Below are positions 24,459 to 38,120 of a DNA stretch of 64,000 bases, one piece after another. Positions within the stretch are counted from its first letter, which is position 1. Each line of letters starts with the position of its first letter. The position numbers and the translations under genes were made by a program. Under the pieces are notes generated by a model. The model worked only from the letters and a program-made list of their open reading frames with translations, searched no databases and was not told where the DNA came from. Source of the stretch: Somniosus microcephalus (taxonomy: Eukaryota); assembly GCA_052327205.1 (NCBI GenBank), contig CM126205.1, positions 274,908,001-274,972,000 of the forward strand, written 5' to 3'.

Positions 24459-24955
24459 ATGCCTGCAATTAGAAGGCTCTTAAGAAGACGTTACTTGCCC
24501 TGGAAACTTGTGCTTGTAACTCTTGTGTTTATCACATTTTTATTTCTGATGCATAGAGAAGTAGTTGGGACTGCTACACAAGAGCCTTGGCTGAAAGAAA
24601 TGGCAGTAAAGAAAGACAAAATGTTGCACATGATGATGGGAGCAGTGAACAATCTAAGAGACGCAATTCCAAAAATGCAGATAAGAGCACCTATCAGAGA
24701 GCAAGGCTCTATAGACGTCAAAAAGCCCTGTTTGCCAGGATATTACACAGCAGTAGAATTGAAACCTTCCATGGAGCGGCCACCTGAGGATTCAAATGCC
24801 CCTGGAGCGTCAGGGAAGCCATTTCATACTGATAATCTATCTCCAGAGGAGCGGAAGGAAAAAGATCAAGGAAATGAAAAACACTGCTTTAATGCTTTTG
24901 CAAGTGACCGAATTTCATTACACAGAGACCTTGGACCTGACACACGACCACCTGA
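24459..24955 (+). CDS. GALNT6: Polypeptide N-acetylgalactosaminyltransferase (GALNT3/6 subfamily), coding exon 1: cytoplasmic tail, TM, stem
   Basis: [48 protein letters not shown]. Donor GA|gtatg at 24956; upstream acceptors at 24345 or 24238. The symbol could instead be GALNT3. Confidence 0.9.
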
Positions 24956-25202
24956 GTATGCTTTATGCTTTATATTTGCATCTAATTTCAAGCAATCCAT
25001 TACTTTTGTGAATTATGGTTTACATGCCAATATTTTTAATAAGACAGATAAATTTGAACTTGATGTTAGTATTCACATTTGATGAGCTTAAAAGCAAAGC
25101 AATTTAAATATTTTAAAATTAATTTGAAATTAAGTTGTAGGATGAGCATGTATCCATAAGAGTGACCATGTGTGCATCAGACTTGTTAGGGAATGCATTT
25201 AA

Positions 25203-25998
25203 TCGTAATAATCAACTTTATTGTCATTGTTAGTGCACAAGTGCAGTACAACGAAATGTAGGCTTGCGGCTCCCGAGAGTGTACATTTAGATTAAGACAT
25301 TTAAACATTCAACATACATTTGGCTTGTAATACATTAACATAAACATAACCCTAATAAAGTGCATTGGCAGATGTGCAGGCTTTAGAGTTTATTTGTGGA
25401 GTTCAGTAGGATGACAGCCCTGGGAAAGAAGCTGTTCCTAAATCTGGTCGTACGGGTGCGAATGCATCTGTAGCATCTCCCAGATGGCAGGAGGGCGAAC
25501 AGACTGTGGCTGGGGTGGGTAGGGTCTTTGATGATGGACCGTGACCTCCGTAAACAGCGTTTCTGGTATATGTGCTCTATGGTCGGTAGCCAGGTGCCGG
25601 TAATGCGTTGGGCAGTTTTGACTACCCGCTGCAGGGCTTTCCGGTCATAGTAGCTACAGCTGCCATACCATACTGTGATACAGTTCGTCAGGATGCTCTC
25701 TATTGTGCAGCGGTAAAAGTTAGAGAGGATCAGGGGTGACAGGTTACATCCCTTCAGCCTCCTTAGGAAATATAGGCGCTGCTGGGCCGCCTTCACCAGA
25801 GAGGAGGTATTGAGGGACCAGGAGAGGACTTCCGTGATGTGGACTCCGAGGAACTTAAAGCTGTCCACCCTTTCCACCACAGCCCCATTGATGTGGATGG
25901 GGGTGTGACTTCCGCCTTTAGACTTCCTGAAGTCCACAATGATTTCTTTGGTTTTCTTGATGTTAAGGGCCAGGTTGTTATCGGCGCACCACTTCACG
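25203..25998 (-). mobile_element. Rex1/Babar-type LINE 3' fragment
   Basis: Open 204-aa frame WCADNNLALNIKKTKEIIVDFRK..FKFLGVHI..AQQRLYFLRRLK..RFRNSFFP, followed by a 3'UTR with AATAAA. Confidence 0.85.
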
Positions 25999-27496
25999 AT
26001 TTACGTTCCAAGTTTAGCATCATTGCCAATTTAGCATTGATTAGCAATGTAAATCAGGAGTCAGAACCCAACCTAACTCTGCAGTGCAGTAGACTAAAAT
26101 CCCTGGAAACAGTAGTCTTGCATCACTTTGGTTTCACACTGCTTACAGTGTAAATCCAGTGTGGAGTGAACGTGATTTGCAAAGTGTTCAGGTGGCCAAA
26201 CCTATCTTAATTTAAATGTTTAGAATGCAGAGATTCTCCACTTCCCCCCCGCCCCGTTCTCCAAATGTTTACATTTCTATCTTTTGGGAGACATCTCTAT
26301 CCATGCATGTGTCTAGGGATATGAAGAGTTCTCCCCTAAACAGGATAGTTAAAGTTCCAGCTAGGCAGGAGCCAAAACTGCGTTCTGCCTGAGTGGAACC
26401 AGAACTGCAGTGGCTGGTCTCTGACTGTTGACTGCAGTTAAATGCACTCTTGTGTACCCCTTGAATATAATCAGAGTTTTTTTTAACTTTAAAAGACATT
26501 CAGAATTAATGTAAGCCCTTTGATAGAGTAATCCATTTAAGACTATTGATGGAGTGTAAAGATTTCTAACTAATTTAATTCCAAGTAACATTCTATTATT
26601 GAGTTGGATTTCTATTCTGAACTGCTAAATATTTAAGTAATTGATTTTATACATTGTAATAATAAAGCTTCCCAGTTTATATAAAAATTAAAGGATTATT
26701 TTATTTGTTTTATATGTACTTTTATAAAAATTTGCATATTATTTAAACAATTATATTCCATTTTATGAATGAAGACTAATTCTGAATTGTAAAGACTTTG
26801 TTTATAGAGTTCACAGTTGTTGTGCAGTACACTACATTTAGTTTCTATTTAAGACCAGAAAGTGTGTATATATTGATCCAATAAGATATCACTTTTCTTT
26901 CCTTAAAAAACATACAAAAGTAATGCACTACTGAATACTAAATATTCTTTTCATAAGTATAAAAGACCCAACGTAGTCTTTAACATAAATATAGTCATTC
27001 ACTGCTGAGTTGTAGCTATTTCATAGTATTTTTACATTTAGAACAGGGGGGATGTTTGGATGCAGAACTATTTTACTCTAGTCATAAAAAGTAGGTAGCA
27101 CATGATTGATATTTTGAGCTTTACCAATAACAGTAAACCTGTGTTTACAGTTGTATAGAATATCATGGCAAAATTCCATTTACAGTAATTGGAATCTGTC
27201 CAGAATTATATATCTGTTATTCCAAAGGTCTCCAATGAGAACTTAACAAAGTAACTGAACCATCAATCACTGTTGCTCAGCAGCAGCTATTAGTGGAGAT
27301 TGCTTCAGACTAGATATACTAAACATAGGATGAAGTGTTTGATCTTTTCCTGCAGTTGTGCTAGATGCAGAAGTAAAAGTTCAAATAAGGTGAAGGCCCT
27401 GTAGCTGTAATAAATATGTAGCCAAGAATAACACATTTTTGTTTTCATGAATTTCAACAAGTCTTCAAAATCCTTAAAAAATGTTTTTGTGTCCAG

Positions 27497-27669
27497 ATGT
27501 ATTGAGCAGAAATTTAAGAGATGTCCTCCCCTGCCTACTACGAGTGTGATTATAGTGTTTCACAACGAAGCTTGGTCTACGCTACTCCGAACTGTTTTCA
27601 GTGTAATGCATACTTCACCCGCTATATTTTTAAAAGAGATAATTATGGTGGATGATGCAAGTACAGATG
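27497..27669 (+). CDS. GALNT6: GALNT coding exon 2
   Basis: cag|[44 protein letters not shown]|gtaag; phases match neighbours. Confidence 0.95.
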
Positions 27670-28300
27670 GTAAGTACAAGCTGCCATCAATACTTTTATT
27701 TCATATGAGTGATTTAAAATGAAGCATTTTTGTGCTGTCTATTCAGTGGCTCCATAATTTACATACTATATATGGCCAAAATAGCCAAACTCTACTTCCA
27801 TTTTTAAAATACAATTTAAGTATCATTTTGAAAAGATTTAAACCTACTGAGTGTATCCTGAAAATGTGAGCAGATACTATTTTGAGATTAAACATCGATA
27901 ATTGTTCACATCAATTTACTTATAATATTTTAGTGACATAACATGGTCATTAAAATATTAACATTCAAACACTGATTTTGTAGGAGAAAAATTGCAAAAT
28001 TAGACCAGTTTGTATTGCATACCAATTCAGGGTAAGTGTTCTGACTGACATTCTAATTTCATTATTATCATGTTACATCTAATCAGACAGCGAGTAATCT
28101 CATGAGAGTATATTTTAATGTTTTAAAAAGATACACTTTCTTTTGCCAAGTGGTTTTAGGTTCATGAAGAAAAAACTTTGGATATAGAATGACTGTCTTT
28201 GTTGTAGTTGCATTCTGATTCCTTAACTTTTTTCAACTGATGATGCTCATTGAAATGGCTGCAGTGGAAATGTAAAGTAACCAAATATTTCTATCTACAG

Positions 28301-28450
28301 ATTACTTAAAAGATCAATTAGATAATTATGTGAAGCCATTTCAAATAGTTAAAGTTGTTCGTCAGCAGGAAAGGAAGGGGTTAATTACTGCAAGGTTGCT
28401 GGGAGCCTCCATAGCCACAGGAGAAGTCCTGACCTTCTTGGATGCCCACT
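28301..28450 (+). CDS. GALNT6: GALNT coding exon 3 (DxH motif)
   Basis: [49 protein letters not shown]; 150 nt, ag/gt flanks. Confidence 0.95.
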
Positions 28451-29467
28451 GTAAGTTGACAAGTTTTGACTTTTTTAGGGAACTGATTGTAACAATTTGT
28501 TGAATAATCATAAACAATACCGTTTGATCTGAGAAAGTAAGTTAGCATTTGAGGTATATGTTTGTTTATACTAATCCTTATTATTAAAGAGTGCACAATC
28601 TTAGACTGGTTTACATTGTACAAATATCATTATGCTGCATGAATTGCCTCCAGGAAGTTAGCAGCCACACTGGGCTAATGCAGTTAAATTTTATAATGCT
28701 AGTTATTATAATCCATTAATTCTACTGGTGACTATGGTCATTCCAAGTTGCTTTTTTTGGTGGTTATGCAAAAGCTCCTAATCCAACAATATTCCCAAGA
28801 GTGAAGTGAACTTGCGTATTAAAATTAAGTGGAGAGGGTCAAAAGACAAGTAAAACAAGTGAACTGAAATTAAACTGAATTTATGATTGAAGTAATTGAC
28901 GACATTTAATTTTCTAGTCTGTATGATCACTGCACTTAAAGATTGGCTATAATGCTTAAGGGATGCTAAATATGGAAACCGTGGCCAAGCTGTCTACACA
29001 AGGGGAAACCTGTTACAAAAAGCCTGATTCTTAAGAGATCAAATGTAAAATTGCATCTAATGGGAGATTTCTTCTTTTAACTTGTCTTTGTTAATCAAAT
29101 CCAAAATTGAAGGGTATGGGAAAAGAGGAGTATGTTATATTGAAAGTCCCTTCCTCTCCCCAAATAACTTAGACCTTTCCTATGCTAAGATGTGTTATTT
29201 TATTGATCCCTATTTCAGTGTGTAATATATATTGTATATCATGTATTATATTGTTAAATAGTGAATATCTGTATGCTAATTATTAAGAAATCTGCAGAGC
29301 AATGAAGCTGCTTGGAGCTAAAAATTGCTTTGTTTGATTTAGTATTCCGAGATCACTTAAAAATGTAAATTATGGTAAGTCAGTTGGAGTTATTTGGACT
29401 CCAATATTTACCTAGAACCAATGTAGTACAATCATTAATTAATATGATCAAAACTTTTTTCTGTTAG

Positions 29468-29702
29468 GTGAGTGCTTCAATGGTTGGTTGGAGCCTTTGT
29501 TGAGCAGAATAGCTGAGAATTACACAGCTGTGGTGAGCCCTGATATCTCCAGCATTGATCTCAATACATTTGAAGTGATGAAACCAAATCCATATGGACA
29601 AAATCATAATAGGGGTAACTTTGACTGGAGTCTATCATTTGGATGGGAATCCCTTCCTGACCATGAGAAAAAAAGGAGAAAAGATGAAACTTACCCCATC
29701 AA
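29468..29702 (+). CDS. GALNT6: GALNT coding exon 4
   Basis: [31 protein letters not shown]; 235 nt, tag|..|gtaag. Confidence 0.95.
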
Positions 29703-30221
29703 GTAAGTTTAAATTTTCAAAATGCTCAGATGATATTAATTATACTAACACACTGTAATGCAAAAACTACCAGGTAAATATTCTGATAGGTACTAGTCAA
29801 TCCCCCATGGCATTGCACGAAAGGAGTCAAGACTTTAATAGTCTGCAAAGTTCTTGATCTCAAACAAAATGATGACACTTTACCGTAAAACAGTAGATAA
29901 CAAATTTACAGTATAAAAACAAACAGTAAATTGGAGCACATGAATTGCAACAAAAGTGTATTATTGGTTTTGATGGGCAGTACAAAATTAAAGCAGGAAA
30001 ATTGAAACTAGAAATGTATAGAGCCACATGGGTGACCACTTAGTTAGAAGAACAGGTGAACCTTGCAGAACAGTGCAAGAATAAATTAATGAACACTGTC
30101 GGAAAACTAATAGCAATAAGTACTGCACGAAATTAATAGATTAATGGAACAGCAAGTAGCAGGAAATTAATAAGTTAATACAACATGGGCACAATTGAAT
30201 TAATACATAGAACGGTAGTAG

Positions 30222-30660
30222 TCAACAACAACTTGTATTTATATAGCTTCTTTAACATGTGAAACACGTTGGAACGTTTTACTAAGGGCATTATCAAAAA
30301 ATCTGACACTGAGCCCATAAGGAGAGATTAGGGCAGATGACCAAAATTTGGTCTAAGAGTTAGGTTTTAAGGAGCGCCTTAAAGGAGGAAAGAGAGGTGG
30401 GGAGATATAGGGAGGGAGTTCCAGAGCTTAGGGACTAGGCAGCTGAAGGCACGGCAACACCAATGGTTGAATGATTAAAATTAGGGATGCTCAAGAGGCC
30501 AGAATTAGAGGAGTGAGGCCAGAATTAGAGGAGTGCAGCTATCTCTGAGGGGGTGTGGGGCTGGAGGAGATTAGAAATAGGGAGGGGTGATGGATTTGAA
30601 AACAAGATGAGACTTTTTTTCAAATTGAGGTGTTGCTTAACTGGGAGCCAATGTAGGTCA
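30222..30660 (-). mobile_element. L2 LINE 3' fragment
   Basis: caacaacaacttgtatttatatagc tail; LHWLPVKQ peptide on the minus strand. Confidence 0.75.
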
Positions 30661-31166
30661 AGATTGGATTTGACTGATTCTCTACGGTGAGGCATTGGAG
30701 GCACTCTATTTCGCAATTAGTCAAAATCTTCAGAAGTAGTGGAAGGGAGAGAGAAAAATCATTGGACCAAGGAGAAATAAGTAAATCATTAGTGTCATCT
30801 TTTAGCTGGTTCCTGAGGAAGCTTTCTTCTGGATACCTGATGATCCTTACTATTTTATCTATTTCTCTGATAACACCATTGTGGGAGCACTGTCACCACA
30901 GGGACTGAACAGTTCAAGAAGGTTTACCACCTACTCATGGCACAAAAATGCAGCTTTGCCAGTCACTCATATCCTGCTACATCATAATAACACTAATAAG
31001 AAAATAATTAATCAAGCCAATTATCTCTAATTTCACGACAGATTAGGTATAAACTAGTTGCCATTTTATTGGACTTTTTTTTGGAGCAGAGGCTTTCTGA
31101 ATCTCGGCAAAATAAACTTCATCGCTCACAAGATACTTAATATTGTCTCTTACTCTTATTTTGCAG

Positions 31167-31284
31167 GTCACCAACATTTGCTGGTGGGCTATTTGCTATT
31201 TCCAAACAATACTTTCAACTCATAGGTAGTTATGATGACCAGATGGAAATCTGGGGTGGTGAAAATATAGAAATGTCTTTCAGG
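31167..31284 (+). CDS. GALNT6: GALNT coding exon 5 (Gal/GalNAc-T motif WGGEN)
   Basis: [39 protein letters not shown]; 118 nt, cag|..|gtaag. Confidence 0.95.
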
Positions 31285-32027
31285 GTAAGTGTTAGTTTTT
31301 TTTTAAGCATATTCTCAAATTGGATTATTCCAGTGGCTTGTTAATGCTGTTCCAGTTTAAAAGCTGCTGTGTCTTGTAAGTTTAATCTGTCAACATATTG
31401 CACCTTAAAATTGGTGACCTTGTATGTCAGTTTGCTAAAATGTATGTACATTAACCATTTATTTTTCCACTTGCATCTTTTTTCTAAGAAGGTTAGTCTG
31501 GAGTAGGGTTTTCCATAGTACTCATCACTCAGCAAAAAGTGAAATTTGAACAAGATGAGATGACCACTCAGGGCATCTCGCCAGCAAGTGGGTGGTTGGC
31601 ACAGGCACTGAATTAAATTCCGAACTATAAGTAATCTGGGTTAGGATATTTCTGCTTAACTTGCAAATGTACAGGTTTTGTTCATATGGACCCAACATTT
31701 CTTTTGGTTTGGACTGTTTGCCTTTTTTCATGTATAAGGAAGGAAAAACATAAATACATGAACACTTTCAAAGCTTAATTGTAGTATATTTGATGAAGGT
31801 TTTGGCCAAGTGTATTGTACACATCACTCGGATAACTGGTGTAGAACAAATTTGATTTGCAACCGAATAACTATACAGTGGAAATTTGATTTACGTGCAT
31901 CTTGATAACCACAGTGTTTCACAGTATCGTACCACATTAACCATTGTCGGACATGTGCACAAGGGATATTTTATAATGCATTATGCCGTTGGTTTCCCAT
32001 TGCCATACTGTAGCCTATAATATTCAC

Positions 32028-32960
32028 CACAACAACTTGTACTTGCATAGCACTTTCAACATAGAAAAATGTCTCACAATGCTGCACAAAGGAAGTGGAT
32101 AAATATTTGGAAAAAAACATTTTTAAAGGGCAGGGAACTGGATTAAGTGGATAGCTCTTTTAGAGAGCTGGCATGGGTGTGATGGGCTAAATAGCTCCTA
32201 CTGTGCTTTGAAATATTTATGGAAGCAGACAACAAGCAGGAGTTAGGGTAGATGATTGAATGTATACTTAAAGGAGGTGGTTTTGAGAAGGCTTTTGAAG
32301 GTGCAAAAAGCTTGTAGCAAGGTAGATGGGGTTAGAATGACCATTCTGGAGTGCAAAGACTGATGGCTAAAGTTTTGCTACCAATAGTGGAGTGAAGAGA
32401 GGGCAGGATGCACAGTAAGCCAGAACTGGAATAGCTGAGGATCCAAGTTTGGAATTAGGAAGATAAGTTTCCAGATGTAGGATAGGGCGAGACCATTGAG
32501 GGATTTTTAAGAGGACAAGGCTTTTTAAAATGACTATGTTGGGAGGTGGGCTAGGACAGCAGTGATAGGTAAGTGGAAATAGCTAAGGTAGATGTGGGTC
32601 AGCAGGTTTGGAAGTGGGTGGCAGAGTTTTGAACAAGTTAAAGTTTGCGTAGGATAGAGCTTGGGAGGTTGTGAGGGAAAGTGTTAGGAAAGTTGAGCTT
32701 GGATGGGAAGAACGTATGGATAGTAGTGAGGGCAAGAATAGGGATGGATGTTACAAAAATTGAAATAGGCAGTCTTAGTTATGGTTGGGGTGTGGAGTTT
32801 GAAGCTCAGCACAGGGTCAAACTATACTGAAGTTATGCACTGTCTAGTTTGGCCTGAGTGAGCAGCCAGAGTGGGAATGGAATGCTGGTATAGTTTCTGA
32901 TGGGAATTGAACAGAAAGCTTTTGGTTCTGTTGATAAGTTGGAGTGTTCTGACTCATACA
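32028..32960 (-). mobile_element. Old, highly diverged L2 fragment
   Basis: caacaacttgtacttgcatagcac tail and patchy similarity to 11067-11900. Confidence 0.55.
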
Positions 32961-33058
32961 AGATTTGATGTCAAACAAACGGCAAAAGAATCAATACCAA
33001 TTTTGGAAAATATAATTTTGTAAACTCTTTGTGAATTATATCTTTTTAAATACTTATT

Positions 33059-33789
33059 GGCCCAGAAATTCGGGTTCCAACGCGTGAGTACGGACGGAGT
33101 ACTCAGCGTGGACCCGATGGAAGTGCTGGAATCTTGCATGCACTACGCATGTGCGGGAAACCAGCACTTCGATCCTCTGAACCAAGGGGTTCAGAGGTCG
33201 AACGCGTGCGCGCAGGAGTCTGCGTGCGCGTGTTGAATTTTTTTTTCAGGTTTTAACGTGCGGGTAAGTTTGTACATTTTAGAAATGTAAAAAGCAGCCG
33301 TAAGGACTTCATTTTCAAAGGTAAGTGGTCAATTATTTAAAATTAAAACATTTTTTCCACAGGTTTTTTTACTTTTAACTACTTTAAAGCAAGGTAAGTT
33401 TATTTTTAGCCCTGTTTTTTATAAAATTATTTTTTTCAAAAATTAAAATTTTTGTTTAAAATAGTTATTTAATGTCATTTATGGTTTATTTACAAAGTGT
33501 GATGTTTTTTAAAAATTTATTTGAAGGTAAAGTACAGTTTTACAGCCTCAGCATTTATATGTTTTGACAGGTCTATCTGTCAAGACGTATGAATGGAGCA
33601 TTGGCTGCCTGTTGCTCACGTGATCCCAGGGGACGCTTCGCACTAACTACGCCCCTGGGACACGCCAGCATAGTGCACCGGCCTCTGGGACAGGCCTCGG
33701 AGAGGAATTCCATGCAGGCCAAGAGGTCAACTGCTGGCGCGCTAGGTAAGTGTAGGTCACGGGAAGCCCCTGACCCGAATTTCTGGACC
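33059..33789. mobile_element. Non-autonomous TIR element (Harbinger-like, 3-bp ATT TSD)
   Basis: att|GGCCCAGAAATTCGGG ... CCCGAATTTCTGGACC|att. CpG-rich ends, AT-rich centre. Confidence 0.75.
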
Positions 33790-34614
33790 ATTAACTTTAA
33801 TCTACAGTTGTGTAGGTATCATTGATATTGAAACTGAAACCAATTGTACAGCCACAAGTCTCCTGAGACCACTAAGCAATATAGCTGCACACCCATTATT
33901 GGATCACCCAGTACAATACGTTTCACTTTCCAGCAGAGTTTAGGCATAATCTTTCCAGGTGGGGCATACCTATTCTCTTGCACAGATAATGCGAGTTCTG
34001 GCATTAAGTTGCAGCTAAATTGTGGCTAATTGCCACCGGGTTGTTGATTGGTGTGATAATTTTGAGGTTAAACTTCACTCTATGAAGTGGTTGAAATCCT
34101 GAGCTATTTGCTTGGTCTGCTTGATGACGCTTGCAATATCAGAATGTGTGCTATGGTTTCATCGACTTTTTCAAATGCCTCCAGTTAAGGCCCTTGGGTA
34201 GAAACCCCCAATCTGCTCCTGGTTAATTAAAGAGGTGTGAATATTTCAAAATCCTTGGCTGTTGTACGAGACCTAAACCTGGTACTACATAAAACTAATA
34301 TAAGCTCTTCCTTTGCGTCTACAAATATAATCAATCTCAATATCCGAGAGACTGACTTCTTCTTGGCTCCAGCCCTAGATTTGCAAGTGAACTGAATGCT
34401 CTGGTTACTGAATCACCCTATTTGACTTGGTACATAATTCTTTACCCAGATCTAAAATTTTTCTCAAGCTTCCATCTAGCTGAGGAAGCTTTATTATCCT
34501 ATCTTGCTTCTGAAGTGTTGCATCGTTTCTACTATATGTAGTTAAGAAGGAATCTCAATTATGACGAAGCTATGAGTATGGGATGATAGCCATAGTGTCC
34601 AACAAAGCTTTATA

Positions 34615-35124
34615 CAGGAAACTCTCGTTTAAACGGCACCTAAATATCCAGAATTCTCTTAACCGGCAAAATTCATACTCCGAAAACAACAGCTCAATAA
34701 CCGGAAATGTTGCCGAGTCCGAGTCTCCCACGGTGGCCGAGTTAGTCAGTGGGGGTAGTTCTCCAAACAGCCACTAATCTGCTTATTGGCGCTGTCGGAA
34801 GTCCGAACACCTCAATAACAGGAGTCTGACTCTCCCGCGCTGCCGGTAGTCTCTTCCGATCCACCATTTTTCTGTTATGGATTACCCTCAACTGACAGTA
34901 CTGTACTTAATCAAGCATCTTCCACCATCCATTTAACACAACATTCTGTAGGTGAGTACCCAATTACTGTATACTGCACATTTTTTGATATTTAAGAAGA
35001 ACATAAGAACATATTTTTGTTTGTTAAAAATAGCCTCGGTAGATAACCCTTTCCATCATCCAGAATTTTTAATCAACCGGCACCATCCCGGTCCCATTGG
35101 TGCCGGATGCCAAAAAGTTTCCTG
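34615..35124. mobile_element. Tc1/mariner-pogo (Tigger-like) MITE
   Basis: TA|CAGGAAACT ... AGTTTCCTG|TA. End homologous to the 17444 copy. Confidence 0.7.
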
Positions 35125-35524
35125 TATGTGCTTATGTTGAAACATGGATAAAATTATTGGTTGTTTGATTGCATTCTGCTGTACTGTCCATTAGAAATGT
35201 CATACCTACTTAACAATGAATTTTTAATTGGAACTATTTGGTTCTATTCCTAAAATTAGCCTGTAGAAGTTAAAATAGTATGCTTTTATTGCCTAAACTA
35301 TAGATTACATTTCAGTATATTAAGTGCTTTTCTATTAATGTTTGTCCTAACTAACATTGTAGTTGAAATAATTGCATATGGCGACTAAAACTGGGCATTT
35401 TCATGAGATGTAGTGTAAGAACTAGTCAACTCTGTTTTGTAGAATGCTAAAATATCACTGAATTATTTTTCACATCAGGGTAGTAATGTCAATTCTGGAT
35501 TTGGCCATTAACATTTGATATTAC

Positions 35525-35670
35525 AAACAACAACTTGCATTATATAGCGCCTTTAACATAGGAAAACATCCCAAGGTGCTTCACAGAAGTGTAATTGAAC
35601 AACAATTGACAAGGAGCGTTGGAAGGAGATATTGGGAAGGGTGACTAAAACCTTAGTCAAAGAAGTGGTC
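35525..35670 (-). mobile_element. L2 3' tail fragment
   Basis: aacaacaacttgcattatatagcgcctttaac..catcccaagg. Confidence 0.65.
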
Positions 35671-36143
35671 GTTAAATTGTGTTGTCTGATCTAGATCATC
35701 AGTTCAGTGTCCTGTGGTTCCTTGTTCTGTGTGCATCATAGCCTGTATTATATCTTCTAACTTAAAGGGGTTATCTTCATGAAAGTGTTCAAAGTTTTTT
35801 TTTCATTTGAAGAGGAACTACATGTCATTTGTTGCAGTAAAGTTATACTGAAGTGTTGCCATTTACATCATGCTTGTAAACATATTTGTTGAACATTTTT
35901 TTGTGAGGACATTGCTTGTTTAATTCTCTGCAGAGATTCTCGTGTCTGGCAGGATAATGGTCTTTGTGAAACAGATTTTTTCATACTAGAATTTTCCTAT
36001 CCAATTTATTCTGACTTTAACTAGTGACAGATAATTTACATTGATAAGCAATCATGTATTAGAGGTAGCTGCACATAACTGTTAGCTGCTTAGTTTTAAG
36101 TTTATTAATATATCTATGCCTTTCCTTTTCTTTTTACTAACAG

Positions 36144-36344
36144 GTTTGGCTATGTGGTGGACAATTGGAAATTCTGCCATGCTCTGTAGTAGGCCATGTC
36201 TTTCGCACCAAAAGCCCCCATACTTTCCCCAAAGGTACTCAAGTGATAGCCCGCAACTTGGTCCGCCTGGCAGAAGTATGGATGGGTGAATACAAACAGA
36301 TATTTTACAGACGAAATCAACAGGCAATGCAGATGTCTAGAGAG
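36144..36344 (+). CDS. GALNT6: GALNT coding exon 6
   Basis: [49 protein letters not shown]; 201 nt, cag|..|gtagg. Confidence 0.95.
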
Positions 36345-38120
36345 GTAGGTGGCATTGTTAAAATGAGTACTTGCAGAACACCACCTTAAATTATAGCAGT
36401 TTATAAAGATTTGCCTACCAACTGTTTTTAGCTTTATTCATTATTTTGGTTTAGAAATTACTCAAAGATTTTAGGCGGTAGAATGGCTTTGGGGAGTCAG
36501 GAGGTGAGTCACTCAACGTAGAATACCTAGCCTCTGACCTGCTCTTGTTAGCTAGTGTTTATGTGGCTGATCCAGTTTCTGGTCAGTGATGATAACCAAG
36601 ATGTTGACTGTGTTGTGGGATTTCTCCCTGCCCCAAAGCAGACGGAGATGAGCGTGTATTGGTTCCAAGCACGTGCAGGGAGAGGCCCTCTCAGTCTGAG
36701 CTGAGATGGGAGTCTAATTTTTACTTTCGAGCAATTGGTATACAATCTTGCAACTTGTTTCCTTTACATCTTCGGAATTTGGCCAATTAATTGTCTAAGT
36801 CACGTACACTTAAACAAGATGTGTTTTGTGGAGATGTGATTATCTCATTTGCCCTGTTTCCACATCTGCCATTGTTCTACTCTTCAGCTCTTATCCAATT
36901 TCATACACTTAACCACATCTTCACAAAGCACATTGGCGGCCCATTGTTCAATGTATGGCCTTCTTTCACTTCCCCAATCATCGTGTAATATGCTTTTTCC
37001 AACTGTCTTTGTTCTGCCAGGCTTCTCCTTTATTACATCAGCTAGCTAGTCAGTTAAGCCGCTAATCTAACTTTTAATCCCTTCAACGGTGAAGGATTTG
37101 CTGATGGTAATGGATTGAAAGTTATCTTACTACTGGAAGAACCTGGTTCAAATTTGAATTTGGCCTTTTCAACTTACCATTTGTCTTACCTTTTCAGGAA
37201 ATGTATGAAATTGCACCTCTAAGTTGGAAGGGAAGGAATGGAGTCAACAATGTAATTTTTCACTTGATTCAGAAAAGTCTGCAAAGGACTGAGTAATGAA
37301 CTGAAGTTTACTGCTCTCTATAAAAAGGTTCTCATTTGAGAACTGTAAAAAGGTTCTCATTTGAGAACTGTACTAGTAAATTACCTGTGACATTGCCTAT
37401 CGTCAGTTGATAGGTTTTTTAAATATATTCAAAATGGCGATGGAGTGGGGGAAAGAAATCATAAACTTACTCCACAGAAGTACTTAGTGGCCAGAGACTG
37501 CATTGTAGGCTGAAGGCAGGTCTGGCAGAATGATAGATTTTGTTCGAGAGCATTCATTTTGGTTGTTTGCAAAATTATTTTATACCTGTTTTGTTGACAA
37601 AAATTGTAAACATTTTAAGTGCTCACACTTATGAGACAGTCACAGATCGAGAGGCAGAAAGTGTCTTTCCACATCCTCATTTGATAGAAAACACACAAGC
37701 AAGTTGAGTTTTGGAAACAATCTTTGAGGTAGATAGATAGGAGTGGAGGGAAGGCATAGAACAGGTTGAAAGGGCCTCTAGCCCCTTGCCGTCTACCCTT
37801 GGGAGTGGGGTGAACTGAGAGGGTGTAGGTGAAGGATTACGTGCAAGATGAGTGACAGTAGAGCGAGGGAGGGGGGAACATACTGTAATTAGTAGATAGT
37901 TCAACGGGGCAGCAATGGGAATCTGGAAGGAGGTATTGTGAGCGGGAAAATGTAGCATGCAGGTGCTAGTGGCTTGTTTCCCCACTACACCACGCCACCC
38001 CACCCAGTACTTCAGAGCTAATAGGAAAGAAGAAAACGACAGAAGCAGAAGAGGACAGACATAGAAGCAATAAGAAAATTTAGAGAGAGAAACAGCAACA
38101 CAAAGACAATAGTTATAGTG

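Noticed and set aside
24956-25082. ORF-track extension of the first GALNT exon (YALCFIF...)
   Set aside because: Read-through into intron; homology resumes in the correct phase at 27497.
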